From Gemmatimonadales bacterium (lineage in GTDB: Bacteria; Gemmatimonadota; Gemmatimonadetes; Gemmatimonadales; GWC2-71-9): a DNA stretch of 51,549 nucleotides. The stretch is taken from assembly GCA_041615815.1 (NCBI GenBank), contig JBFJCP010000032.1:1-51549 (forward strand), written 5' to 3'. This document shows, piece by piece, positions 17,092-26,456 of this stretch. The stretch's first letter is position 1. Every line of letters starts with the position of its first letter. The notes under the pieces were generated by a model. That model searched no databases and had not been told where the DNA came from. It was given only the letters and a program-made list of their open reading frames with translations. The position numbers and the translations under genes were made by a program.

Positions 17092-18873
17092 ATGGAACTG
17101 AGAGCGCTGGACTGGGCCGTCGTCGTCGCGTACTTCGCGGTGGCGGCGGCGATCGCCTTGGCGTTCGCCGGTCGAGCCAAGCGTTCCCTCGCCGACTACT
17201 TCGTGTCCGGGCGCGCGCTCCCCTGGTGGCTCGCAGGCACGTCGATGGTCGCGACAACGTTTGCCGCGGATACGCCGCTGGCCGTCACGGGGATGGTCTC
17301 GCGTCACGGCGTCGCGGGCAATTGGTTGTGGTGGAACGGGGCGCTGAGCGGCATCCTCACCGTCTTCTTCTTTGCGCGGTTGTGGCGTCGGGCTGGCGTA
17401 CTCACTGACGTCGAGTTCGTCGAGATCCGCTATAGCGGGAAACCCGCTGCGGTGCTGCGCGGCGCCCGAGCGCTCTACCTCGCCGTCCCCATCAATCTGA
17501 TCATCATGGGGTGGGTGACGCGGGCCATGATCACCATCATGGACGTCGCCCTGGGCATCGAAGGCACGACGGCGGCGCTCATTCTCTTCGCCGTGACGGC
17601 CGCGTACGTCGTCGTCGCGGGTCTCTGGGGGGTGATCCTGACGGACTTCCTCCAGTTCTTGGTGGCGATGGCCGGCTCGGTGGCCCTCGCTGTGGTGGCC
17701 GTGCGCTCCGTGGGCGGCATGGACGCCCTGGTGGACCAAGCGAGCCAGCGCTTTGGTAGCGCGGATGCCGCCTTCGGCGTGCTACCGCCGCTCGATTCAC
17801 CATGGCTTCCCCTGACCACTCTGTTCGTGTTCCTGGCCGTCCAGTGGTGGGCCGCGTGGTACCCCGGCGCCGAGCCGGGCGGCGGCGGGTATGTCGCGCA
17901 ACGCATGTTCGCCGCTCGAGACGAGCGGCAGAGTCTGCTCGCGACCCTCTGGTTCAACGTCGCGCACTACGCCGTGCGGCCGTGGCCCTGGATCTTGGTG
18001 GCCATGGTGGCGACAATCCGGTATCCCAATCTCGAAAATCCCGAAGAGGGCTACGTGCTCACCATGGTGGAGCTGCTGCCCACCCCCCTCAAGGGATTGC
18101 TCATCGCCGCATTTGCCGCGGCCTACATGAGTACCATCAGCACGCACCTCAACTGGGGGGCCTCGTACCTCGTCAACGACGTGTACCTCCGGTTCGTCCG
18201 CCGTGGAGCGGCGCTCAAGGAACAGGTGCTGGTCAGCCGCCTCGCCACGCTCACGCTCATGGCGCTGGCGCTTGTCACGATGGCGTTCCTGCAATCGGTC
18301 GAGGCGGGATGGAAGATCCTCCTGGCCATCGGCGCGGGCACCGGCTCCGTCCTGATCCTACGGTGGTATTGGTGGCGCATCAACGCGTGGTCCGAATTGA
18401 GCGCGATGGCGGCGTCGTTCGTGACCGCGTTGTTGCTTCAGGACCTGGGCGGACTCGATGCGGCCGATCCGAGTGGCCGCGGCTATGCCATCGTCATGCT
18501 CGGAACGGCCGGCGTGACCACCGTGGTGTGGATCGCGGTCACATTCGCCACAGCGCCGGAACCCGCTGAGACGCTCGAGCGCTTTTATCGCCGGGTGCGT
18601 CCCGGGGGACCGGGATGGCGCCGCATAGCGGCGCGCCTGGGGTTTGCCGACGACCAGATTCCGGGAGGTGCGCTCTCCTGGGTAAACTGGATCGCGGGGT
18701 GCGTTGCCGTGTACGCGTCCTTGGCCGGGGTGGGGAGGCTCCTGTTGGGTACACCCCTTGCGGGTATGCTGTTGTTGGGAGCGGCGGCGGTGGCCTTCGC
18801 GATCATTGCGCGTAACTTACGCAATGACAAGCAGTTTCAGGCAGCCTCCGTTGACACCCTCCCCGGACGGTGA
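17092..18873 (+). CDS. Sodium:solute symporter family protein
   Basis: DYFVSGRALPWW, SMVATTF, many TM helices, AAYMST. Confidence 0.9.
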   Translation: MELRALDWAVVVAYFAVAAAIALAFAGRAKRSLADYFVSGRALPWWLAGTSMVATTFAADTPLAVTGMVSRHGVAGNWLWWNGALSGILTVFFFARLWRRAGVLTDVEFVEIRYSGKPAAVLRGARALYLAVPINLIIMGWVTRAMITIMDVALGIEGTTAALILFAVTAAYVVVAGLWGVILTDFLQFLVAMAGSVALAVVAVRSVGGMDALVDQASQRFGSADAAFGVLPPLDSPWLPLTTLFVFLAVQWWAAWYPGAEPGGGGYVAQRMFAARDERQSLLATLWFNVAHYAVRPWPWILVAMVATIRYPNLENPEEGYVLTMVELLPTPLKGLLIAAFAAAYMSTISTHLNWGASYLVNDVYLRFVRRGAALKEQVLVSRLATLTLMALALVTMAFLQSVEAGWKILLAIGAGTGSVLILRWYWWRINAWSELSAMAASFVTALLLQDLGGLDAADPSGRGYAIVMLGTAGVTTVVWIAVTFATAPEPAETLERFYRRVRPGGPGWRRIAARLGFADDQIPGGALSWVNWIAGCVAVYASLAGVGRLLLGTPLAGMLLLGAAAVAFAIIARNLRNDKQFQAASVDTLPGR

Positions 18874-18879
18874 TAGTTT
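18851..18879 (+). promoter_or_regulatory. Putative sigma70 promoter for the Fe-S carrier gene
   Basis: TTGACA-17 nt-TAGTTT overlapping the end of the symporter gene; GGAGG RBS before ATG 18904. Confidence 0.65.
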
Positions 18880-18903
18880 CGACGGCAGTGAGCGGAGGTT
18901 GGA

Positions 18904-19266
18904 ATGAGCACGACCCAAAGACCAGAAGCAATTGTTTCACTTACACTTACGGACAACGCCGCCGAGCAGGTGAGGACGTTCCTGGAGCATGAGGATGTCC
19001 CTGCGGAGACTGCGGGTCTCCGAGTGTCCGTGCTCCCCGGTGGATGCTCGGGCTTCAAGTACGGCTTGACCGTGGATGACCATCCCGAGGACGACGACCT
19101 CGTCTTGGTGCTTAGCGGCCTCCGCGTCTTCGTGGACGTTTTCAGTGCCCAGTATCTCCAAGGCACGACCATCGACTACGTCTCCTCGATGCAGGGCTCA
19201 GGATTCACATTCAGCAATCCGAACGCTACGGGCGGGTGCGGGTGCGGGAGTTCGTTTTCCGCGTGA
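18904..19266 (+). CDS. A-type Fe-S cluster carrier (HesB/IscA/ErpA family)
   Basis: GGCSGFKY, IDY, FTFSNPNA, CGCGSSF. Confidence 0.95.
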   Translation: MSTTQRPEAIVSLTLTDNAAEQVRTFLEHEDVPAETAGLRVSVLPGGCSGFKYGLTVDDHPEDDDLVLVLSGLRVFVDVFSAQYLQGTTIDYVSSMQGSGFTFSNPNATGGCGCGSSFSA

Positions 19267-19295
19267 CGGTGTGGTAGCGCCAATGAAGGTTGCCC

Positions 19296-19322
19296 CAGGG
19301 CCTGCGAGCTTCGCAGGCCCTG
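19296..19322 (+). terminator. Hairpin, probable intrinsic terminator after the Fe-S carrier gene
   Basis: Perfect 12-bp stem CAGGGCCTGCGA/TCGCAGGCCCTG with GCT loop, followed by TCGTTT. Confidence 0.65.
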
Positions 19323-19344
19323 TCGTTTGCAGGGCCCACCTCTC

Positions 19345-20781
19345 GTGACCGTCGTCGACCTTGCTGTCATGGCGGCCTATCTCCTCGCCGTCATCGCCAT
19401 CGGTGTCTACTTCGCGCGGCGGCAGCGCGATGCCGAGGACTACTTTCTCGGCCGGCATTCGTTGCCTTGGTGGGCGGTCATGCTGTCCATCGTGGCCACG
19501 GAGACGTCAGCGTTGACGGTGATATCGGTTCCCGGCATCGGCGCCCGGAGCGATCTCACCTTTTTGCAGCTGCCCCTGGGCTATCTGGTGGGTCGGGTGG
19601 GCGTCGCCCTGTGGCTGCTGCCCGGCTATTTCCGCGGCGACCAAGAGACGGCGTACTCCCGGCTGGAAACGCGATTCGGCGTGGGGACGCGCAAGATCGC
19701 CTCGGCGATCTTCATGGTGATCCGCGCGTTGGGAGACAGCGTGCGGGTCTTCGCCACGGCGATACCCCTCACGATTGTCACGGGATGGTCGATTCCGGTG
19801 AGCATCGCCGTGGTGGCGCTCGCGACACTTGCGTATACGTGGGCCGGCGGCATCCGCGCCGTGGTGTGGGTGGACGTGCTGCAGCTCGGCATCTACGTGG
19901 TGGGGGGCATCGTGACCATCGTCGTCGCGGCCGGGCTGGCCGGGGGTGCCGCCAATGTCTTTGCTGCCGCACAGGATGCTGGCAAGCTTCGAGTCATCGA
20001 TTGGAGTCTCTCCTTCACCACGACCTACACGTTCGCCAGCGGTCTCATCGGTGGTGCGCTGCTCTCTGCCGCGTCGCACGGCACCGATCATCTCATCGTG
20101 CAGCGGCTACTCGCCACGCGAGCGGTGACGGAGGCTCGCCGGGCACTGATCGGTTCCGGGGTACTCGTGATCCTGCAATTCGCGATCTTCCTCCTCGTGG
20201 GGACGTTCCTCTGGGCTGCCGGGGCCGACAACGGTATTCGCCCAGGCGACGAGATCTTCCCGGCGTTCGTGGTCGAGCAACTTCCCGCCGGCCTCGCGGG
20301 TCTCGTCGTGGCCGGTCTCTTGGCAGCGGCCATGAGTACCGTCAGTTCCTCCCTCAACTCGTTGGCGTCCGCCACGACCCACGATTTCTATGCCGCAATG
20401 AGCAACCGTCGCGAACCGCGCCATCTCTTGAGCGTGGGCCGATGGGCCACCGTGGGTTGGGCGGTGATTCTCGCGGCTGGCGCGCTCTCGTTCCAATCGA
20501 ATGATCAGCCGGTTGTGGAACTAGCCCTGTCGATCGCGTCCATCACCTATGGGAGCCTCCTGGGCACCTATATCCTGGGCGGCGTCGTCCGCCGGGCGGT
20601 GCAAAAGGACGCCGTGCTGGGTATCGTCGTTGCAACGAGCGCCATGCTTCTCATCTTCCTCTGGAAGCCCGGCCCGTTTGCCAGTCTGGCGTGGCCGTGG
20701 TATGTCCCCTTGGGGACACTCATCACCGTGGCTGCGGGTTGGATCTCGACCACTTTGCGCAGACAGAGGGACCACACATGA
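19345..20781 (+). CDS. Sodium:solute symporter family protein
   Basis: DYFLGRHSLPWW, SIVATETSALT, GTDHLIVQRLL, AAMST. Start uncertain (GTG 19345 or TTG 19327). Confidence 0.9.
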   Translation: MTVVDLAVMAAYLLAVIAIGVYFARRQRDAEDYFLGRHSLPWWAVMLSIVATETSALTVISVPGIGARSDLTFLQLPLGYLVGRVGVALWLLPGYFRGDQETAYSRLETRFGVGTRKIASAIFMVIRALGDSVRVFATAIPLTIVTGWSIPVSIAVVALATLAYTWAGGIRAVVWVDVLQLGIYVVGGIVTIVVAAGLAGGAANVFAAAQDAGKLRVIDWSLSFTTTYTFASGLIGGALLSAASHGTDHLIVQRLLATRAVTEARRALIGSGVLVILQFAIFLLVGTFLWAAGADNGIRPGDEIFPAFVVEQLPAGLAGLVVAGLLAAAMSTVSSSLNSLASATTHDFYAAMSNRREPRHLLSVGRWATVGWAVILAAGALSFQSNDQPVVELALSIASITYGSLLGTYILGGVVRRAVQKDAVLGIVVATSAMLLIFLWKPGPFASLAWPWYVPLGTLITVAAGWISTTLRRQRDHT

Positions 20782-21689
20782 TTCTCGTGGGCGTCGACGT
20801 CGGTAGCTCACACACGGAAGTCGTCGTCGCCGACGAGGCGATTCGACCCTTGGCGCGCCGTCGAGGCCACGGGGCCGCGTTGGAGCCGGGTGGAGAAGCT
20901 CGATCGGCACAGGCGATCGCCGAAGTCGTCCGAGACGCGCTCGCCGCTGCCGAGGTGGAGAGCGACACGGACGCCCTCGTGGTCGGGGCCGCCGGGGCAG
21001 GTCGCGAAACGGAACGCGTGGGGCTCGAGAACGCGCTGCAGCAAGCCCTCGGGTTTCCTCCACCCAGGCTCCACGTGACCACAGACGCGGCCATTGCATT
21101 GGAGGCGGTGTTTCATGGCCAGCCCGGTATGCTGCTCAATGCTGGCTCGGGTTCGATCGCGTACGCCAGAGATCCTGCGGGGGTCGTGTGGCGCGTGGGC
21201 GGTCTGGGTTGGCAGTTCGGCGATGACGGCAGCGCCTATGCCCTCGTCCGAGCCGCCCTCGGAGTCGTGGGACGCGCCGCCGACGGCCGAGGTCCCCGAA
21301 CCGCGCTCACCCATCGGCTGGCGGAGGCCATCGGGGCCGGGACGCTCGATGACCTGATTCGCTGGACGCAGACTGCCGACCGCGCGGCGGTGGCGGCGCT
21401 GGCCCCACACGTGTGTGACGTGGCAGACCACGGTGACGTCCCAGCCAGACGGCTCGTCGATCAGGCGGCAGCGGACCTGGCCGACCACCTCGAGGCCCTG
21501 CTGCGCCGTTTCCCCGATCGCCACAGCGTGCCCCTGGCATTGAGTGGGGGGGTCCTGAGTCCGACCTCACCGGTGCGAGCCGCACTGATCGAAATCGTGA
21601 GGGAACGGCTCCCCCGGATCCAGGTGCTCGAGACGCGGGTGGATCCACCGATGGGGGCACTGGCCATGGCTGCGGGGCTCGTGTCGTAA
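20778..21689 (+). CDS. BadF/BadG/BcrA/BcrD-family amino-sugar kinase (GlcNAc/MurNAc kinase-like)
   Basis: GVDVGSSHT, GAAGAG, TTDA, AGSGSIA, GGLGWQFGDDGSA, LSGGV; ATGA overlap with the symporter. Confidence 0.85.
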   Translation: MILVGVDVGSSHTEVVVADEAIRPLARRRGHGAALEPGGEARSAQAIAEVVRDALAAAEVESDTDALVVGAAGAGRETERVGLENALQQALGFPPPRLHVTTDAAIALEAVFHGQPGMLLNAGSGSIAYARDPAGVVWRVGGLGWQFGDDGSAYALVRAALGVVGRAADGRGPRTALTHRLAEAIGAGTLDDLIRWTQTADRAAVAALAPHVCDVADHGDVPARRLVDQAAADLADHLEALLRRFPDRHSVPLALSGGVLSPTSPVRAALIEIVRERLPRIQVLETRVDPPMGALAMAAGLVS

Positions 21690-21731
21690 CAGACACGTCA
21701 AACCGGCGGACCACGAAAAACCCGTCGGGGC

Positions 21732-23714
21732 CTACGCGGAATCCAGCCTCCCCAGCACGTCAGTTTCCCGCGTCCCCTCCATCATCTCGCTCTTCTTTCC
21801 CAGAAACCGCACGATCAACAAGATCACCCCGGCACCGATCAGCAGGGACAGGAACGGCGAGAAGCCGAAGGCCGTCGGGATGTCACCTACCAGCATGCCG
21901 ATGAACCCCACGAGCAAGGCGTACGGGAGTTGGGTGCGAACGTGGTCCACGTGATCGCACCCCGACGCCATCGAGCTCAAGACCGTGGTATCCGAGATGG
22001 GCGAGCAGTGATCCCCGAATATCGAGCCCGCCATCACCGAGGAGATGACGCCGAGCAGCACGGTGTAATGGGCCCCTCCGTCGAAGGAGACGCCGCCCCC
22101 CAACGCCACCGCTAATGGGATCCCCAAGGGTAACAGGATCGCCATCGTGCCCCATGACGTCCCCGTCGCAAATGAGATGACCGCCGCGATGATGAACACG
22201 GAGACGGGAAGGAGCTCCAGCGGCATCCGGTCTGAGAGAGCACTCGAGAGAAAGGACGCGGTTCCCACAGCCGTCGTGACCTCACCCAGGGACCACGCGA
22301 GGACCAGGATGATGATCGCCAACATCATCGCTCGCATCCCACCCACCCAGGCCCGGATGGTGTGCGAGAGACTCAAAATCCGCTGCGCGACGGCCAATAC
22401 GATCGCCGTCACGCATCCCAAGAGTGACCCCCAAAGCAAGGTATTGAACGGATCGGCATTGCCGAGGATCCGCGCGAGGGTTCGCGGCTCGTCAGCGGCG
22501 AGGCCCTGTGCTCCGGTATAGAGCAGGCCGAGGATCACCGTCACTACCACGACGATGACCGGGAGCGCGCCGTTCCACCAGCGGAGCCTCGTGCCCTCGG
22601 GAGGCTCCATGAGGTCGCCCTCGGTATCGGCGGCCAACTGCGCCCCGTCGCGGTAGAGCCCATTGCCGGATGACGCTCGACGCTCCGCCGCAAGCATCGG
22701 CCCGAAATCCCGACCCGTGAATATCAGAAGCGCCACGGTGAAGATGGCCAGGATCGGATAGAACAGAAACGGGATGCTGTGGAGAAAGACGCCAAACGGT
22801 GACGCTGACGTGAGTCCCTGGACCAGCGCGGCATCGCCGGGATTTTGCTCTGCGGCGAGTCGGAGCCCATCACCGATGAGACTGATCTCGAACCCCACCC
22901 ACGTCGAGACAAACACGAGCGCAGCCACGGGAGCTGCCGTCGAGTCCACAATGTAGGCGAGCTTTTCGCGAGAGATCTTGAGCCGATCCGTGAGCGGGCG
23001 CATGGTGTTCCCGACGATCAGCGTGTTGGCGTAATCGTCGAAGAAAATCGCGAGCCCTGCCAGCCAGGTTGCCAGCTGACCGCGCCGCCGCGACGTGGCC
23101 AGGGGCGTCACGGCCTGCACGATGGCTTTGGTGCCGCCGGTGGCGCTCATCACCCCTACCATGCCGCCGAGCAGCAACGAAAAGATCACGATCGCCGCAT
23201 GGTCGGCATCGGCGAGGGCAGGCCGGACGAAGCGATCCACTGTCATGAGGACGGCCGCAAACGGGTTGTACCCCGCCACGAAGAGACATCCCAGCCAGAC
23301 CCCCACGAAGAGACTGCTCACCACCTCGTGGAAGATGAGCGCCAGCGCGATGGCCACGAGTGGCGGGAGGAGGCTAAACCACCCCGGTATGAGGGGCCGG
23401 TCCAAGCTCGTGACCGTGGCGCCCGCCGTGACCGTGATGGGCAACTGATCTGCGGACGTGATCTCCAGGTCGTTGACGGTGCGTTCCCCAACCGGTGGGA
23501 CCACGAGCCTCGCGAGCAGCTCACCGGTGGCCGCCCGAATGACGATGGGGACCGAGTCGAGCGCGGTGGCCGCTCGGACGGTTAGGGAAAACGGAATGTC
23601 TCGGAGCAGCACGCTCGGGAGATCGACCTCGATCTCTTGGGCCGCACCTGGCACAGCGCCAAGGCTCAGCGCCAGCGCGATGCCGGTGGCTTGGAGGACT
23701 CTCCTGGGTTGCAT
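21732..23714 (-). CDS. NhaC-family Na+/H+ antiporter-like transporter with N-terminal exported domain
   Basis: FFDDYAN, SREKLAYIVDSTAAP, FATGTSWGT, FGDHCSPISDTT, HVRTQLPYA. Start re-picked at ATG 23714. Confidence 0.9.
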   Translation of the reverse strand: MQPRRVLQATGIALALSLGAVPGAAQEIEVDLPSVLLRDIPFSLTVRAATALDSVPIVIRAATGELLARLVVPPVGERTVNDLEITSADQLPITVTAGATVTSLDRPLIPGWFSLLPPLVAIALALIFHEVVSSLFVGVWLGCLFVAGYNPFAAVLMTVDRFVRPALADADHAAIVIFSLLLGGMVGVMSATGGTKAIVQAVTPLATSRRRGQLATWLAGLAIFFDDYANTLIVGNTMRPLTDRLKISREKLAYIVDSTAAPVAALVFVSTWVGFEISLIGDGLRLAAEQNPGDAALVQGLTSASPFGVFLHSIPFLFYPILAIFTVALLIFTGRDFGPMLAAERRASSGNGLYRDGAQLAADTEGDLMEPPEGTRLRWWNGALPVIVVVVTVILGLLYTGAQGLAADEPRTLARILGNADPFNTLLWGSLLGCVTAIVLAVAQRILSLSHTIRAWVGGMRAMMLAIIILVLAWSLGEVTTAVGTASFLSSALSDRMPLELLPVSVFIIAAVISFATGTSWGTMAILLPLGIPLAVALGGGVSFDGGAHYTVLLGVISSVMAGSIFGDHCSPISDTTVLSSMASGCDHVDHVRTQLPYALLVGFIGMLVGDIPTAFGFSPFLSLLIGAGVILLIVRFLGKKSEMMEGTRETDVLGRLDSA

Positions 23715-23854
23715 AGCAGAGGCTCTGGTGGGCGACGGTAGAGGCCCGAGGCGCTCGGAACGAAGCGTCTCTCTGTGCGTGAGCTTCACTCCATCCCGCC
23801 GAAACGGTAGCGACCGGGCATGCGAGCCACCCCTGTTTGCTCCCTGGTACACGA

Positions 23855-23886
23855 AGGCGCGAGAGCTCGTGCGAACCCTCGCGCCT
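23855..23886 (-). terminator. Hairpin downstream of the tonB-exbBDD operon
   Basis: 14-bp stem AGGCGCGAGGGTTC/GAGCTCTCGCGCCT that pairs fully (with G-U) only as minus-strand RNA; weak U tail. Confidence 0.55.
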
Positions 23887-23910
23887 CGGCGGACTGCATG
23901 AAACCGACGA

Positions 23911-24333
23911 TCAGTTTTGTTCGGCCGGGGTGAACCCGATGACCTGAACCCCAGCCCCACGAGCAATGTCCATCACCTCGATGACTTCTTGATACCGGCG
24001 GTTGCCCGCCGGTTTGACGAACATCAGCTTCGCGGGCCGATTGTCGTAGATCTCGTGCAAGCGAGCATCCAGTTGGGACTTGAGCACCGGCTGCGCGTTC
24101 ACCGCGTACGAACCATCTGCACGGAGCTCGAGCACGATCTGATTGCTCTGCACGTTCGGTTGCTCTGTTTGTTGGGGTGGCGTGGGCGGGGGCACCTGCA
24201 CATCCATCGCCTTCCGCGACAGCGGCACCTGCATCATAAAGATGATCAGGAGCACCAGCAGGATATCGATCATCGGCACCACGTTGGGCTCAGAAGTGAA
24301 CCCACCACCGCCCGTCGGAACGGAGATGGCCAT
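23911..24333 (-). CDS. exbD: Biopolymer transporter ExbD/TolR
   Basis: EPNVVPMIDILLVLLIIFM. Confidence 0.92.
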   Translation of the reverse strand: MAISVPTGGGGFTSEPNVVPMIDILLVLLIIFMMQVPLSRKAMDVQVPPPTPPQQTEQPNVQSNQIVLELRADGSYAVNAQPVLKSQLDARLHEIYDNRPAKLMFVKPAGNRRYQEVIEVMDIARGAGVQVIGFTPAEQN

Positions 24334-24336
24334 GAG

Positions 24337-24798
24337 CTACCTCCCCCCTCCGAAGAGCCCACTCTCCTCGCGCAGCTCTTCGGTAATGGCGGCGATCACG
24401 CGGACGCCTGCGCGCCGGGCGATCTCGATCCCCTCCTGAATCGTCGCGAACTCGAGATTCTGGTCCGCTTTGAAATAGAGAATCTTGTCCGTCGTGCGGC
24501 CGCCGTAGATCTGCATCAGCATCTCTTCCAGCTGTCCCTCGGGTACGAGACCGGTCTCGCCGGTTCCCGGATCGAGGTAGAACTGACCACTTTGGTCGAT
24601 ACCGAGCACGACGTCCCCGGATTCTTCCGGCCTCGACTCGATGTTGCGTCCCATTGGCATCCGTGCCTGGAAGCCCGCTGAGATGACCGGTGTCACGATC
24701 ATGAAGATGATGAGCAACACCAGCATGATGTCGATCATCGGCACCACGTTGGGTTCGGCCTTCAGGCCTTCGTCACCACCACCGACTTGCATTCCCAT
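24337..24798 (-). CDS. exbD: Biopolymer transporter ExbD/TolR
   Basis: EPNVVPMIDIMLVLLIIFMIVTP, KAD. Confidence 0.92.
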   Translation of the reverse strand: MGMQVGGGDEGLKAEPNVVPMIDIMLVLLIIFMIVTPVISAGFQARMPMGRNIESRPEESGDVVLGIDQSGQFYLDPGTGETGLVPEGQLEEMLMQIYGGRTTDKILYFKADQNLEFATIQEGIEIARRAGVRVIAAITEELREESGLFGGGR

Positions 24799-24831
24799 AG
24801 ATCAGGTCCTCCTTTGGGCGTGAATGCCAGC

Positions 24832-25575
24832 CTACTTGGAGACGTGACCGGTGGCGGCGGCCTGCTGGGCCTTGAATTCCTTCGTGAAGATCGACCGACC
24901 GAACTCGGTGCCTACGCTCTTGATCAAGAAATCAATCAGTTCTTTTGACGTGTAGGTCATCTCGACCGTGAAGTTCTCGACCTTGGTCTGGAAGTAGTTG
25001 AAGGCCCAGACCGCGGGAATCGCCACGCCAAGACCGATACCGGTGGCGAATAGCGCCTCGGCGATACCGGCAGAGATAGCCGCCAGACCACCGGAACCGG
25101 TGACGGCCATGCCGGTGAACGAGTTGATGATGCCGAACACCGTGCCCAAGAGACCCACGAACGGTGCCGTTGCGCCCACCGTCGCCAGGAGACCCAGGCC
25201 GCGCTTCAGCTCGGCCAACAGAATCAGCATCTGGCGCTCGATCGCGCGCTCCGCCGAGTTGATGTCCGCTGTCGTGATGGTTGCCCGGTCACGCAACAGC
25301 GGCTTCACCTCCGCGAGGGCCTCACCCAGGACTCGGGCCACATGCGAGACCTTCTGCTTCTCGGCCAGCTCGATGGCGGCATCCAGCTGCTCTTCCTGAA
25401 TGAACCGGGCGAACTCCGGAGCAAACTTCGCCGTCTCCTTCCGGCTCTTGCGGAACCGCCACCACTTCTGCACGGCAAAGCCAAGCGATAGGATGGACAT
25501 GAGGATCAGAATGATGATGATCCCGCGGGCAAACCATCCAATGTCGCCCCACATTTCGATAAAGGATATCTCCAT
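24832..25575 (-). CDS. exbB: MotA/TolQ/ExbB proton channel
   Basis: LATVGATAPFVGLLGTVFGI, GIAEALFATGIGLGVAIPA. Confidence 0.93.
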   Translation of the reverse strand: MEISFIEMWGDIGWFARGIIIILILMSILSLGFAVQKWWRFRKSRKETAKFAPEFARFIQEEQLDAAIELAEKQKVSHVARVLGEALAEVKPLLRDRATITTADINSAERAIERQMLILLAELKRGLGLLATVGATAPFVGLLGTVFGIINSFTGMAVTGSGGLAAISAGIAEALFATGIGLGVAIPAVWAFNYFQTKVENFTVEMTYTSKELIDFLIKSVGTEFGRSIFTKEFKAQQAAATGHVSK

Positions 25576-25640
25576 GAGTCCTGAGCCTCCGCTCGGTTAA
25601 ACGGGGTGTGAGAGTTGTCGAATCATTGTCGGCCTGAACC

Positions 25641-26354
25641 TTACCGGGCCAGCACGAAGTTGATCGGCATGCGGACGAGGACCTTCACGGCCTGCCCCCG
25701 CACCCGTCCCGGACGGAACAGACACTTCTGAATCATCTCTTTGGCTGGTGACTCGAACGCCTTGTGCGTCGAATCGAGCGCGCGGACGGAGCTGGGATCT
25801 GCATGGCCTTGTTGGTCGACGATGAACTCGAGCAAGACGGTGCCCTCGATCCCCGCCTGCTGCATCATGCGCGGGTACGGGGGGCGCGGACACGAAATCT
25901 GCTCCGGAGTCTCGTCGACGACGGCTTCGGCGAACACTTGCGTGAGATCCACTGGACCGGACCCACCCTCGACACCACTGAACACACCACCCTCGACACC
26001 CTCACCGGTGTAGTCACGGGGATCGAAACGCTCGTTCAGGTCGATGGGAGGAATCTCGGTGGGAATGTCGACTGGTGCTGCCAGCGTCTGGAAGCCCTTC
26101 GGTGGAGGATTCAGCGTCGTGATGACCGGAGGTGGCTCATCTTCCGGCTCGGGCTCGTCCTGTTGTTCTTCGATAAAGACGAGTGTCGTTTCCGTAGGTG
26201 CCTCGATCACGGCATCCGTGGCGTGCATCGTGGCCACGACCCCCGCCCAGACTAGCCCTCCGTGGAACACGATCGACCAAAGGGTCGTGAACACATTCCC
26301 TTTGCGACCGGCTTTGCGGAATTTCGGGTCGGATTCAACGAGGTTATCGAACAC
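25641..26354 (-). CDS. tonB: Energy transducer TonB
   Basis: TM anchor with SxxxH, Pro/Glu-rich linker, C-terminal PPYP...GIEGTVLLEFIVD...FRPG. Confidence 0.9.
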   Translation of the reverse strand: MFDNLVESDPKFRKAGRKGNVFTTLWSIVFHGGLVWAGVVATMHATDAVIEAPTETTLVFIEEQQDEPEPEDEPPPVITTLNPPPKGFQTLAAPVDIPTEIPPIDLNERFDPRDYTGEGVEGGVFSGVEGGSGPVDLTQVFAEAVVDETPEQISCPRPPYPRMMQQAGIEGTVLLEFIVDQQGHADPSSVRALDSTHKAFESPAKEMIQKCLFRPGRVRGQAVKVLVRMPINFVLAR

Positions 26355-26432
26355 CGTTTCCCTCCGGTTTCCGTCGTAGTGAATGAATCTACTCCTAATA
26401 ACGACGGATAGTTAGCCCACGAATGGGCGAAA

Positions 26433-26452
26433 GATGACAAAACGATGACAAA
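26433..26452 (-). promoter_or_regulatory. 11-bp-phased direct repeat (TTTGTCATC x2), putative OmpR-family operator upstream of tonB
   Basis: GATGACAAA at 26433-26441 and 26444-26452 on the plus strand. Confidence 0.6.
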
Positions 26453-26456
26453 GCAA

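Noticed and set aside
24240..24760. Near-identical sequence GATCATCGGCACCACGTTGGG occurring twice
   Set aside because: It encodes the conserved PNVVPMID motif of the tandem exbD paralogs.
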